Virus record (IMG/VR): IMGVR_UViG_3300000233_000007
Coordinates: 1 to 64,000 of that record
Source: a virus
Direction: 5' to 3' (one strand)
Length of the DNA stretch: 64,000 nucleotides
The translations under genes were made by a program, and so were the position numbers. The number at the start of each line of letters is the position of its first letter. Within the stretch, counting starts at the first letter, position 1. Shown piece by piece: positions 47,989-61,600 of the stretch. Under the pieces are notes generated by a model. It made no database searches and was not told the origin of the DNA. It saw only the letters and a list, made by a program, of their open reading frames with translations.

Positions 47989-49626
47989 ATGGGAAGATTT
48001 TATAAAACAGCACATCCACAATTTGTAGATAGAAATATATATACTCCACCTGCTGAATTAATGGCTAAAGTAATAGGTAATGCAGATACTCAAATTGAAA
48101 AAAATGAGACTGCATTATTATCATTATATGATAAACTTCAAGCACAATCATTAGCAGTTGATGAACCAAGATTAAAAGAAATAATTAATAGTTATCAAAA
48201 TAATATTGAAGAGATGGCTAAAAAGGTTCAAGAAGACCCATTAGCTTTCAGAAAAGAAATTGGTAATATTAGACAATTAAGTAGAAAAATAAATGATGAT
48301 TGGACTAAAGGTGAAGTTGCTGCTATTCAAGGTAATAAACAAACAAGAGATGCTTGGGTTAAAGACCATTTAGAAAAAGCTAAAAAAGAAAAAGGATATG
48401 TAACTCAAGATGATATTACTTATGCTAATAGTGTGTTTGATAAACAATTTAATGAGAAAGGTGGAACTAAATATGATAATGGAAAGTATAATAGTTATAC
48501 AAGTGAAAACCTTAATCCATTTGTTAATTTAGAAGATTTAGGAGAAGAAAGAGCTAAAGGATATATAGCTGATGTAGTAACTAAAAATGGTGTATATACA
48601 GATGGTAAATATATGTACACTTCTGAAAAGAAAAATGAAGTAGTTCCTTTTGAAACAGTTAAACAAGGTGTATTATCATCTATGATTAATGATAAAGAAT
48701 TAATGGCTTATTATGGTCAACAAGTAAGATTAGGAAGATATACACAAGATGAAGTTGCACAAAAATTAGAATCATCAGCAAATAGAGTTGCTGAAAAATA
48801 CAGTTATAAAAAAGAAGAATATGGTAACAAATCAACAACAGGAGACCCTTATGCTTTAGAAAATTTAAGACAATCTCATAGAATTGCTCTTGAAGATTAT
48901 AAAGACAAATTAAAAAATGAAGGATTAATTACTGGACCAGGAGAAAATGTATTATGGGCAACTAAAGAACAGCAATTAGAATGGGATAGAAAAAGTATTA
49001 CTCAATTAAATGAGTTAGCTAAAGCAAGTGGTATTAGAATTAATAGTACAGACCCTATAAAAGTAGTAGCAGCTATGAAAAAGATTTATAATAATCAACT
49101 TACACTTGCTAAAAAATCTAGAAAATCTCAAAAAGTAATTGATGTAATAAATAATAATTTAAGTCAATTAAATAATATTGATGGATTTCATAATAATGGT
49201 AGAGGTGTAGCATCATGGACTGGTATGGCAGAAGGTATTACCTTATTAAGTAATGGTAGATATGATGGAACTAAAATTGCTGCAAATACTAAAAAATCTT
49301 TAGAAGCATATTCTAAAAATGGAGCAATGAATAATGTACCATTTTCAATGGAGATAAATGGTAAAATGGTTAAAACAACAATTAATAAATTATTAAAAGA
49401 AGGTAAAATATCAAATGAAAAAGATGTAGTAATATCTAATTCATTTATGCCTACTTGGAATAATCTTAACCCAAATAAACAACATTTGAATCAAGTAGAT
49501 TTTAAAATAAAATTAAAAGGTAATTCAACAGGTAATTTTGATAGTAATGGTAATGAAGTATTTAATACAGAAGTAGTACCTGTTAAATCAACATTTTCAG
49601 ATTTTGAATTGAATTTTTATCAATAA
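47989..49626 (+). CDS. Virion hypothetical protein (545 aa)
   Basis: ORF in the tail and cargo gene block. Confidence 0.55.
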   Translation: MGRFYKTAHPQFVDRNIYTPPAELMAKVIGNADTQIEKNETALLSLYDKLQAQSLAVDEPRLKEIINSYQNNIEEMAKKVQEDPLAFRKEIGNIRQLSRKINDDWTKGEVAAIQGNKQTRDAWVKDHLEKAKKEKGYVTQDDITYANSVFDKQFNEKGGTKYDNGKYNSYTSENLNPFVNLEDLGEERAKGYIADVVTKNGVYTDGKYMYTSEKKNEVVPFETVKQGVLSSMINDKELMAYYGQQVRLGRYTQDEVAQKLESSANRVAEKYSYKKEEYGNKSTTGDPYALENLRQSHRIALEDYKDKLKNEGLITGPGENVLWATKEQQLEWDRKSITQLNELAKASGIRINSTDPIKVVAAMKKIYNNQLTLAKKSRKSQKVIDVINNNLSQLNNIDGFHNNGRGVASWTGMAEGITLLSNGRYDGTKIAANTKKSLEAYSKNGAMNNVPFSMEINGKMVKTTINKLLKEGKISNEKDVVISNSFMPTWNNLNPNKQHLNQVDFKIKLKGNSTGNFDSNGNEVFNTEVVPVKSTFSDFELNFYQ

Positions 49627-49640
49627 TTAAATAAAACAAT

Positions 49641-52600
49641 ATGGCTAAACAAGTTAGATTAGGAAAAGGTAATTTAGGAGCAAAACAAGAAGTAGATAAA
49701 GAAATTATTAAACTTCAAAAACAACAATTATCTAATAAAGAATATCAAGATTTCTTATTAGAATTTCCTTCATTAAAAGCTCAAGAGAAACAAGAAGAAG
49801 ACCAAAATCTTGCAGTTCTAAATCAATTAGAAAAAGAGCAAGAAATTTCAGAAGTGGTTAAACAAAATCAATCACAAGAGAAATGGTATTCTGGTATTAC
49901 AAATTTTTTTGAATCTTTTAGTGATAGAGGAGATATAGCTGATTTATGGTATAATAAAGAAGATGGTAAATGGTATGAAAAACAATCAGATTTATTTGGT
50001 ACTTATGATAAAGAAAATTTAAAAGAAGTTCCTTATGATAAAGTTCAATCATTAATAGAAGCTCAAGCAAAAAAAATGAGTAAATCTGGTGGTTATCAAA
50101 CTGGTATTGCCACAAATAATATTGTAGATAAAGTATTTGAAGATGGTGTATGGGGAACTGTATATGGTCTTGGTAGTTTAATAACAAGAGGTGTTACTGG
50201 TAATTGGGATGATGTTAATGATTCTCAAATGGAATCACTATGGAATAGAACTAAATATTATGGTGCTAATGTATTAGATGTATTTAATGATGCTATAACA
50301 AGTGCTGATGCTGGTTTAGAAGATGAAGCTAATAATCCTGATATTCCTTTTTCATTCTTAATGAGTAAACAAGAACAAGATATTAGAGATGCAAAATATA
50401 ATAAAGAATATAAACAAATTCAACAAAAAGGACAAAAAGCATTAGAAGTTAGATTTGAAGAAGAAAAGAAAAGAAGAGCTTCTGGTGAAAAACTTTTAAT
50501 TGATAAATTATATGATTGGTCAGAAGTTGAAAAAGATAATGATTGGTTTGCACAACAACAAAAATTAAAACAAACAATTTCTGAAAGAGCTATGGAGCTT
50601 GAAGGAAGAAAGAAAAAATCATTTACAAATGTAAAAGATACTATAAATCCTGGTACTTTTAAATATGTTGATGATGCTAAAAAAATAAACATGGAATTAC
50701 CATTAGAAAAAACTGGTGAAGGTAATTCTAAAAGTATATGGGATGTACAAAAATTAATTATTGATGCTTCTGGTAAACCTGTATTAGATGAAACAGGTCA
50801 ACCAATGTATGCAGATAAATATTCATTTACAGAAAAAATTGCAAATTCTAATTGGGATGTTCTTGGTGATGCTTATTATTTACAAGATGATTTAGCTCAA
50901 GGAGTTGGTACTGCTGCTGGTTTTATAGTAGGTGGTAAAGGTACTAATGCAATGTTAAATACAGTAGGAAAAGGTATTGGTAAAACTGCTAATGTAGTTT
51001 CTAAAGGTTTAAATTTAGAAAACAAAGTATTTAATTATACTAATAAATTATTAAGTACAACTAATAAAGTAACACAACCATTAGGTAAAACTATTAATAC
51101 TATTGATAATACTGCATTTAATAAAACATTAAATATAGTAAATGATAAAGTATCAAAAGCAATAAGAACTACTATTCAATCATATTTAATGTCTAATACT
51201 GAATCTGAACAAATTGGAAGACAAGTTCAAAAACAAGTATTAGATGAACAAATAGATAAGTATGCTAAAATCAATATTCAAGATATTGCAAAAGATTTAA
51301 GTGAAAGTGGTAATTTTTCAAGTGATGCTTCTTTGTTTTTACAAGCACAAATGAAAGCAGAAACTATTAGAAAAGAATGGGCAGATAAAAATCCTGAACT
51401 TTTTAATGAAATATTATTACAATCTCAATTAGCACAAGAACAAGCAAGAGGTATTAATAACATAAACTTTATTAATAATATAACTTCAGCAGGTTTATTT
51501 GTTAAAGGTAAATCTTTTTCAAGAAATTTATTATCTAATCCTTTTTCTAAAGCAAATTTAATAAAAGGTGCATGGACTATATCAAGAGAGATGGTTCAAG
51601 AAGGTTTAATTGAAGAAGGTTTAATTAATGGGTTTGCAGAAAAAGCTGGTAAGCAAACTGGTAATATGAAATTCTATGATGTATCTGACTTCTTTAAAAA
51701 TGATGTTGGTTCATCTGAATTTGTTGAAAATGTTTTTGCTGGAGCAATACTTGGTGGTTTACAAACTGCTGGTACTAAAGGAGTTAATGTTATTAGTGAG
51801 TACAAACAATTTAAAGAACAAAAGAAAATTGTAGATGAGTTATCTAAAATTGGTTCTTTAGATACTAAAGAAAATATTAAAAAAGTAATTGAATATTCAT
51901 TAGACAAAGCTAATAATGAAGCTGTTGCTCAAAGAATGAATGAGTTATTAGCAGAAGGTAAAGAATCAAAAGCAAATGCTTTAGCTGATACTTTATTGTT
52001 AAACAAATCTGTAAGAGCTGCTACTTCAGGAACTACTGAAGTTTTGAATAAATCATTACAAGACTTAATGCAAAATAAAGAATTAAGTCCAGAAGATAAA
52101 CAAGAATTACAAAAAGCAATTGATTTTAATAATAAAATTGCAGATACTTTTGATGCTCATATTAAATATGCAAACAAAAAAGGTATTATTGAAAATAGAG
52201 GTAATAGAGAATTACTTGAAAATTATAAACAAGATTTAATATCTTCATTACCAATTCTTGAAAAAGAATATAATGAAGCATTAGAAAGACAAATTAGAAA
52301 AGAATTATCTTCTGAAAATTCTGATTATTCAAATACTAATTATTCAGAGATTTTTGAAAATAAAAAACAATCATCTAAATTAAATGATGACCATAGAGCA
52401 TCAGTAGAATTAAATACTGCTAAAAAACAATTAGAAGAATTACAAAATGTTCAAGATGAATTAGATGATAAATATGATTATATAATTTCTGATAAAGGTC
52501 AAAAAAAATATATTAAATTAATGAACAATATTAGAAAAAATAATATTGTTAGAGATGTTAATGATAAAAATGTAGATGAAGTAAAAGATAATTTAAGAGA

Positions 52601-55600
52601 AAATGATGAACTAACACCAGAAGTTAATTCTGAAATTAATCAAACAGTTGAAGAAAAAGTTGCTAAAGATAATTCTAAAGTAGTTGAACCTGTTGCTAAT
52701 AAACAGGAAGAATTTGTTGCACCTAATAATGAACAAACAGTAAAAGAAGATACTAAAGATGTTCCAGAAAAAGTTAAGGAAAAAGCAAAAGAATTTAGTG
52801 CAATAGTTCAAGAACCTTTATTTGATGATAATCTTGGAGACCCATCAAATGATGTTAGAAGTAATGAAGAAATTGCTGATGATAATGATTCATTAGCTTT
52901 ACAACCTATTGGATTAGATGAAAATAATTCTAATCATAAAAATATTGTTAGTAAATATACTAACATAATGAAAGCATTAAATAAAAATATTGCTGATGAT
53001 TTTGGTACTAATTTAACTGCTAAAGAAATGTTTGGTTTATTTGCTTCTCAAGTTGGATTTGATGTTGCAGAAAAACATTTTAATTTCTTTAAAAAAGGAT
53101 TTGAACAATCAGGTATTGTTGATGAAAATATTAACTGGGATAATTTATATAGTAAATATTTTGATAAAATTAAATCATTTTCATTTAATGAAGAAGTATT
53201 AGAAACTCCTTCTACTATTGAAGAAGTTAAAAAACAAGATGAAGAAACTAATTCAATTATTCAAGAAGATAGTAAACCAATTGGTTATAATCAAGACAAT
53301 ACTCTTATCAAGTATCTTGGTAGAAAGATTGCTGCTGCTGTTAATAAAATTCCTTTTTTAGGAATTAAATATAGAGCTGTGTTTAATGAAATGGATGGAA
53401 GTGTTACTTATGTTAATGATGAAGATGGAGAATTAAATACAGAAGGAATGTCTAATTTAGATGTTGTTTTAAATCCAGATTTATTAGTTTCTGGTAAAAA
53501 ATTCACATTAGAAATTCCACAAGATTGGAGAACAAGAACTGTATCTGATTGGAAGTCAAATGAATTAGGTGTGTTAATCCAAACTACTATGACTATGGAA
53601 GAATGGATGCAACAAAAAAATATTACTCAAGATTCTCAAGAATGGTTGGATAAAGTTCCAATGGATATGATTGTTGATGGTGTTAATATTGGTCCTGGTA
53701 TACATGATGTTTCTTGGTGGAATACAAGAAATGTAGCTGATTTTGTAGATGCTACTATTAATGATGAAAAAATATCATCTGAACAAGCTAAACAAAGACA
53801 AAGAAAAATTATAAGTGAGGGTAGAGAACTTACAAGAAATATTAGAAAAAATGTTTTAAATGGTAATAATGAAATGGTAATTACTGATAGAGAAGAAGGA
53901 CATACTCTTTCTACTCCTGATGGTAAACTTAATTCAATTACTGAAGCTAATCCTTCAGCACAAATTGCTATATTCAGTCCACAAGGATTTATAGTTAATA
54001 AAGGTGATAATGGTAATGAGTATTCTAAATTAAATATTGTTAATATTAATTCTATTACTGATAAAGGTCATGTTTATATGATTTCAAGAATTGGTACAGA
54101 AGTTAAAGATGGTAAAAATGTTCCTACTTATGTGGCTCATAAATTACACACTAATCATAATCAACAAAATTTAGTTGAACTTGCTAAATCAAGACAAAGA
54201 ATGTATGATGCAGCAGATATTTTAAATAAAATTGGTAAGTATAATAATCCTACACAAGAACAAATTACTTGGGCAGAGAGTGTTAGAAATCAAGTTAGAA
54301 CTATGACTGGTGTATCTATTGATAATATTTCATCAGAAGGTACTTCTATACAATATATTGGGTTAGGTAAATTAAAACAATTATATCCTTTAACAACAAA
54401 AAATAAATCTGGTTTAATGTTATTACCTCAACTTGCAAATATTAATAATCAAAAGTTACCTGTTGTACATGCAGATGGTTCAGTAACTAATTATAAATCA
54501 AAAGCAGGAGAAGGTTATAAAGCTATGTTAATGGATAATTTACATACTCAAAAGAAATTTCATACTATACAAGACCAGGAAGGTAATAGTATGCAAATTC
54601 TTGATATACAACCAAGAATCAAATTTGATTTAGTAAATAAAGACAAAGATGTAGTTAAAGAAGAAAAGAAAGAAGAAATTAAAAAAGCTAAAGAAAAAAC
54701 TTCTTTAAGTGAAACTGAAGTTATTTCTAATGAAACATTTAATGATTTTGTTGATAATGGTACTGTTGATAATTCTGTAATTGAAACAATTGCTGAAAAA
54801 ATAAAAAGTAATGAATCTTTATCAGAAAGAGAGTTAGCAATATTTAATGATAAAACTTCAGAAGTTAATGAAGTTTTAAAAAATATTCCTATTGAATCTA
54901 TAACTCATGGTCAAAGACAAAGAGTAGTTGAACATTTGTTTCATAAAATATTAAGTTCAATTGATATTAGTAAAGATTTTACTAATCAAGATGTATTAAA
55001 TGATATTAAAAATTCATTTGATAATCATTTAGCTGATATTAAAGATACTAAAGAATATGAGTATTTAGTTGCTAATAGAGATTCTATATTAGGTCTTGGT
55101 AATTTTTCTAATGATATTAATACAGTTAAATCTGAAATTGAATCATTTTTAAATCAAGAATTTCAAGAAGATACTAATGAAGAAACTCAATTAAATGATG
55201 AAGGTCAATTTGAAAAAAATAATAATAAAGCATCTTTTGAAAATGATGTAAGAACTTCATTATCTACAAAATTAAAAATGTTTTTTGCAGGTATTGAAAA
55301 AGATAGTTCTAAAGTAGTATCAGAAGATTTTGCTGGTTTAAGTTCTTATTATGGATTAGATGAAGTTATAGGTGGTTTACAAGATATGTTAGTAAATGTA
55401 CCTAATAATCCATTAGCATTTAAAAATAGAATTGAAAACCAAATTGCTAAAAATCCAGAAGAGTTTGGATTTTTACAAAATGTATTAGATAAATTTGAAT
55501 CAGCTCCAGTTGAAATTCAAAAAGAAATTCTTTTTAGATTAAATCAAACTAAAAATGAAATGTCTTTTGTTATGTATTCTAAATCAAAAAATGGTAATTA

Positions 55601-58600
55601 TACACTAATGACTTATGATGCTAATTCAAAAAATCCTAATATTAAAACAAAATTGCAATGGCAAGAGAATTTTAAACAATCTAATTTAATTGAAAATTAT
55701 GGAGATAATTATAGAGTAAAACAAGATATTGCTAATCAATTAATTAATCAATACAATTCATGGAAAGGTAAATATGAAAATGTACCTAATAAAGAATATG
55801 TAGATTGGTTATCTAATTTTGGTATTCAAGTATCTGAAAAAACTATTCAAGATTATAAAGATGGTTTAGTTGATGGTAATATTAATTTTCCTGGTGTATT
55901 TGCTGTAAATGGTGGTGTATTTGGAACATTATATAGTAACCTTACTTCTGCTATTGATAAACAAAATAAAGATTCAAAATTAGTCTTTAAATACAAAAAT
56001 GAAAATAAAAACTCAAAAGATGGGTTCAATATATTAATGAATAACAATAATGGTTTCTTAAAAACTATGATTGATGTTCAAGTTAATAATACATTTAATT
56101 TAGCAAGTAGTATGTATATTGGTGGAAAAACAATTAATGCTTTTTCTCAACCTAATTATACAACTGAACAATTAAGAAAATTAAAAGATGATACTAATCC
56201 TTTAGTTTCTAATTTACAAAATACTGCTTTTGCTAAAAATAGTTTATTATTGAAACTTATTAATAATCCAAAGATTAAAAATGCTTTAAACATTGGATAT
56301 GTAAGTTTACAATCACTTAAACAACAAGGACAAAAATTATATCAAGATTCAGAAATTGTAGATTTATCATCACAAGATTATGATTTATTGTTACAAGGTT
56401 TCTTTGAAAGTGAAGGTGCATATTTCAAAAACCAGGAATTAGAAAATAATGGTATATCATTAAGAGAAACTAAAATGACTTTTCCTACTCTTTCAGATTC
56501 ATCACAAATGTTTGTGTTTAATACTGTTGGATTAGATTTAAAGAAAGGTAATTTTACTTTTGTAGATGGTAAAGTTAAAATCAATTCAGAGGTTTTAGAT
56601 GTTTTATATAGTCAATTAGTACAACCTGATTTAGATAGAATTGAAGCATATTTAAAATCAGTTGGTAATACTAATGTACAAGGATTAGATTTAGGTTCTC
56701 AATTGTTTACAATGATACCAAGTCTTAATACTTTACCAATTAAAGTTAATGGTACTGATGTTAAGTTATTAACTTTGATTCATACAGGAATTAAAAATGG
56801 TAATAATGTAAATGATATAATTGAAGAATATAAAGAACAAATTCATAAAAAATTACAAGATGTAATTTCTAATAGTGCTGAATCAAAAATCAAAGTTGAA
56901 AATCAACAAATGAGTGGTTCATGGGTTACTAATGGATTTGTTCAAAATGGTGAAACTGAAAGGGCAGGTGTTAATGTTAGTTTCTTGGATTCTAAATATA
57001 TTAATTCAAGAGGTACTACAAGTAAATTAGAAGCAACTCAAATTGCTGCTTATGATTTTACTATTAATTATTATATAAATCAAGCACAAATTCAAATGTT
57101 GTTTGCTGGAGATATATCTAATTATGTACAAGATAAACAAGCATCTAAATTTAATATTGATAAAAATGGAAATGTAGATGTTACAAAACCTAAAGTTTCA
57201 GTTAATGATAATGAAAATCAATTAGAAAAAGAACAAGAAGTTTATACTAATATTATTAAAGATACTTCTGTTAATATGTCTAAAAGGTTGAAAGAACTTA
57301 TTAGTCCTGGTAATAGAATAGCTGAAAGTACAAATGAAAAATATATACAAGTAATGGTTAATGATGTTGAAGAAGCATCTAACACATTAGAAGAATTAGT
57401 TAAAATGTGGTATTCTGATTTGTATGAAGAAAATAAAAATGATATTAAAAAACTTAAAGAATTAGAAAGTAAAATAAGAAAAGAAAATAAAGAAGGTAAA
57501 TCTGCTAAAGTTTCAGAGAATGAATATAATGCAATCAAGAAATCATTACAAAATAAATTTCCTGATATTGCTAATTATTTTAAAATTACTGCAACTGATG
57601 CTCAAGAATATACTACTTGGCAAGAACATTTACATATTTTACTTAATCAAGGTAGAATTAAAAAAGATGTATTTGATAGTTTATATTCTAAATTAGATTC
57701 TCAAAGTAAAGATGGTTTAAATGAAAATAATACTTTAAGTAAAGATGAGAAAAAAGTTATCTTTCAAGTTATTAAACCTTTACATGCTGGAATGTATTTT
57801 GAAGATTTAAAAAATAATAAAGGTGAAGTAGTATCAAAAATACAAAGATATGTTTATGTTAAAACATCTTCTTTTCCATTATTACCTCAATTAACTCAAG
57901 GTATTGAATTAGATAATTTGAGAAAAAATATTGAACAATTGGAAGCAAAAACTGGTAAAAAAGTTAGAGTTTCTTATCAATCAGGTAATAAAGTTGGTGG
58001 TGTTAAAAATGCAATAAATATTTCTGAACTTTATTCAGATTATAATGGTGAATTAGAAAGTAAAATTATAGCAAGTTCTGCTACACTTGATAGAGAAAAT
58101 TTTTCTATTCAACAAGATAAACCATTTAAAACTGATAAAAATATTAAAGCTAATAAAAGAGATGAAATTAATAGAGGTACTCAATTTGAAAAAATTATAT
58201 TAGGTAATGGTATTAATCAAATAACAGAAAAAATATTTCCTAATAAATTTGATAGTTCTTTATTAAAATCATTAGGTATTACTGAAGATAATGGTAAAAT
58301 ATCTGGTAAAGATTTATATGCAATATATAATAATCTTTATTCAAGAGAACAAAGTATATTAAGAAATCAATTATATAATTCATTAGGATTAAATAATAAT
58401 GGTGATTGGGTTAATAATATTGAAACTTTAGAACATATTAAAAATGCTTTAAATAAAAGATTATCTAATCAACAAGATAAAGAAATACTTGAGTTATCTT
58501 ATATAGTTGCAGAAGAAGATGAGAATGGTAAATTAGTTAATCATTATTATTCTAAAAAACAAATGGAAGAAAAAGGTTTAAAACCTACAAGAGCAGAATT

Positions 58601-61600
58601 TAATATTCCTATTTGGATGTCTCCAAATTCAAGAAAATTTGAATCTGTACTTAATTCAATTGTTAATAATAAATTGGTTAATCTTAAACTTCCTGGTTTT
58701 TCATCTCCTGTTGCATCTCAAGAAGGATTTAGATTTGTTGATAATTTAGATTCTATTGATAAAACTGGAATTATATTTACAGATAAATTTGAAGGAGAAT
58801 TAAAAGCAACTCATAATTCAGATGGTAGTTTAAAAACTGCACAAGTATTAGTTGCATCTAAATTTAGAGTTAAAAAGGAAAATGAAGATACAGGTAAATA
58901 TACAGATGAATTATTAGACCTTACTCAATATACTAAAACTCTTGAAGATGGTAGAACAGTTCTTGATATGGATAAAGTTAATCCAGAATTATTAGAAATG
59001 TTCTCATTTAGAATTCCAACATCAGCTCACCAATCAGGTGCTTTGATTGAAATAGTTGGTTTCTTACCACATGGTTCAGGAGATTTAATGATTGTACCAA
59101 AAGACCATACTACTCAATTAGGAGAAGATTATGATATTGATACAAGATATGTTTATTCTCAAAATTATAGAATAGATAGTAAAGGTAATGTAAGAAAGAT
59201 TGATGCAAAATACATTCAAAGAAGAATAATAATGTTAGAAGATAATTTTCAATCAGAACAAGAAACTGAAAGAAGAATTGATGACATATTAAATTTATTT
59301 GATTCTATTAGAAATAATGAAGAAATACAAAATATATTTGCTAATGAAAGAACAAGTCAAGAACAAAAAGTACAAATATTAAAAGATAAATTAAACCATC
59401 TATTAATTGAAAATCAAATTATAGATGTATATAAATCTATATTTTCTTCTACTGATGAAAAAATTCAGAAGATGATTGGTGCTACATTATCTACAAAATT
59501 TGCTGAAGATAATGCTAAAGCAATAGATGATAAAATAAACAGTCAAAATACAGGAGAGAATTTTTCAATATTTGATGATAGACACCAGAAATCAATTTTG
59601 AAACTTGGTGCTTCTGGTAAATTAGGTATTGGGGTACATTCTAACTGGGTAGTATTAAATTCATTATTTCAACAAATGGAGAAAAAACCAAGATTGATTA
59701 ATGGATTTAATCAAAAAACTGGTAAAGCAATACCTTTTAGTATGAGAATTGGTAACTTCTTATCAGTTGGTAAATTAGGAGAAACAAAAGCATTAGAACC
59801 AGAAAAACCAATAAAAGGATTTATACCAAGGTTGTTATCAGTAGTTAATATGGAATCTCAAAACTCTGCAACAGATAATCAAAAATTACAGATTATGGGT
59901 AGAAGAAATGAGAATAAATATACTATTAATGTATTTGCTTTGATGTCTAATTTAGGATTTGATAAAGATATAGTAAATGGTAAAGAATTATCTCTTCCTT
60001 CATTATTTATATCTCAACCAATTATTAGAAGATATGTAGAATTAAAAGAACAATATGATTCTATTATATCTGATTATCAAGAAGATGTTGATGAAAAAAT
60101 AACAGGTATATTAGCTCAAGAATTTAGTGAAGGAGTTGATTTAATTAATACTAAAGCTGGATTAAGAATGGATTTTGACCAAATGAAAGGTGTTGAAGTT
60201 TCTGAATTAACTGCTCAAAAATTATATGATAGTTTATTAAAAGGTAATAATGCTCAACAATGGGCTGTGTATGAAAAATTTATGGATTTATCTATTCATG
60301 CTAAAAATATAAATAAAGTTCAACAACTTGCTAATATTGATAGTGATGGTTTAGGAATATCTTTCTTTAATACTATAAACAAAAAAGATTCATTGTTATT
60401 ACAAATGACTTCTGAAAATCTTAATATTGAAGGTATTGAAGGATTGTTTGGTAAACAACAATTAGTTAATAATAATGAAGAAGATTTACAAAATGATTTA
60501 CTTAATGAAGGTTATATTAAAGTTGAAACACAAGATACATATAGTGTTTTTGTTAAACCTACATCACCATTAAATAGTAAATTAATTAGTTCAATATCTT
60601 CTGGTTATAATTTATGGAGAAATGTTTTACCATTTGAAAATGAATTTATTGATGAACAAATTAATAGTATAATTGATATAACAGGTAAAAATGCTGATAC
60701 TAAAAATGGATTAGAATTAAAATATAAAGTAATTTCTGAAATGAAAGATTTTATTTATTCATACTCTAATCTTGGTATATTTGATAAGTCAGTTAATGAA
60801 GAAAGAAATTCTTTATTCATTGATACTGATACTAATCAATCATTAGCATCTTATCTTAATGCACTTAAAAAATCTAATCATAAATTATTTAATGAACCAT
60901 TTTTTAAAGATTTAGAATTTGTATTAAACAAAAATAATGAACCATCATTAGTTAAATATACAACCAATGATAGAACTAATTTTAATAAAAATTCAGTTTA
61001 TAATTTGTTTAGTATATTAAATGAATCTAAAGAATCATTACCAGGATTTAATCAAGATATGAATTATACTTTTGAGAAATTAATAAAAGATTTAACTAAA
61101 TATAGTTTGTTAGCTAATCAAGAAAATGGTGCAATTGGATTTAGAAATTATATTCCATTAGCAGTATTAAATAAATATAAAGTAACTGATAATTTAAGAA
61201 GATATTCTGGTGTAGGTAAAAACAGTAGTCATAATTTATTATTGAATGGTGATTTTAAAGGATTAATGAATATTATTGGTGCATATCAAATAAATGAAGA
61301 TAATACTATTGATGTAGAATATGGTAATTCAAAAATGATTCAAGGTATTATAGATAAGATAAACACTAAATATGGTACATCTTCTTTAGTATATGATGAA
61401 AATAATAGTAGAATAATTGTTAATACAGATTTATCTAATTTTAAAAGTGTATTCATTAGACAATTCTTTCAACATAATCCAGAAGAAGCTAAAAAATTCA
61501 ATTGGAGAACTAAAAAAGAATGGTTAAAACAAGCTAATTCACAAACATTAGAAGAATTAGATTGGTTTGTTCCAAAGAAAGAAATGCCTGAATATATTTC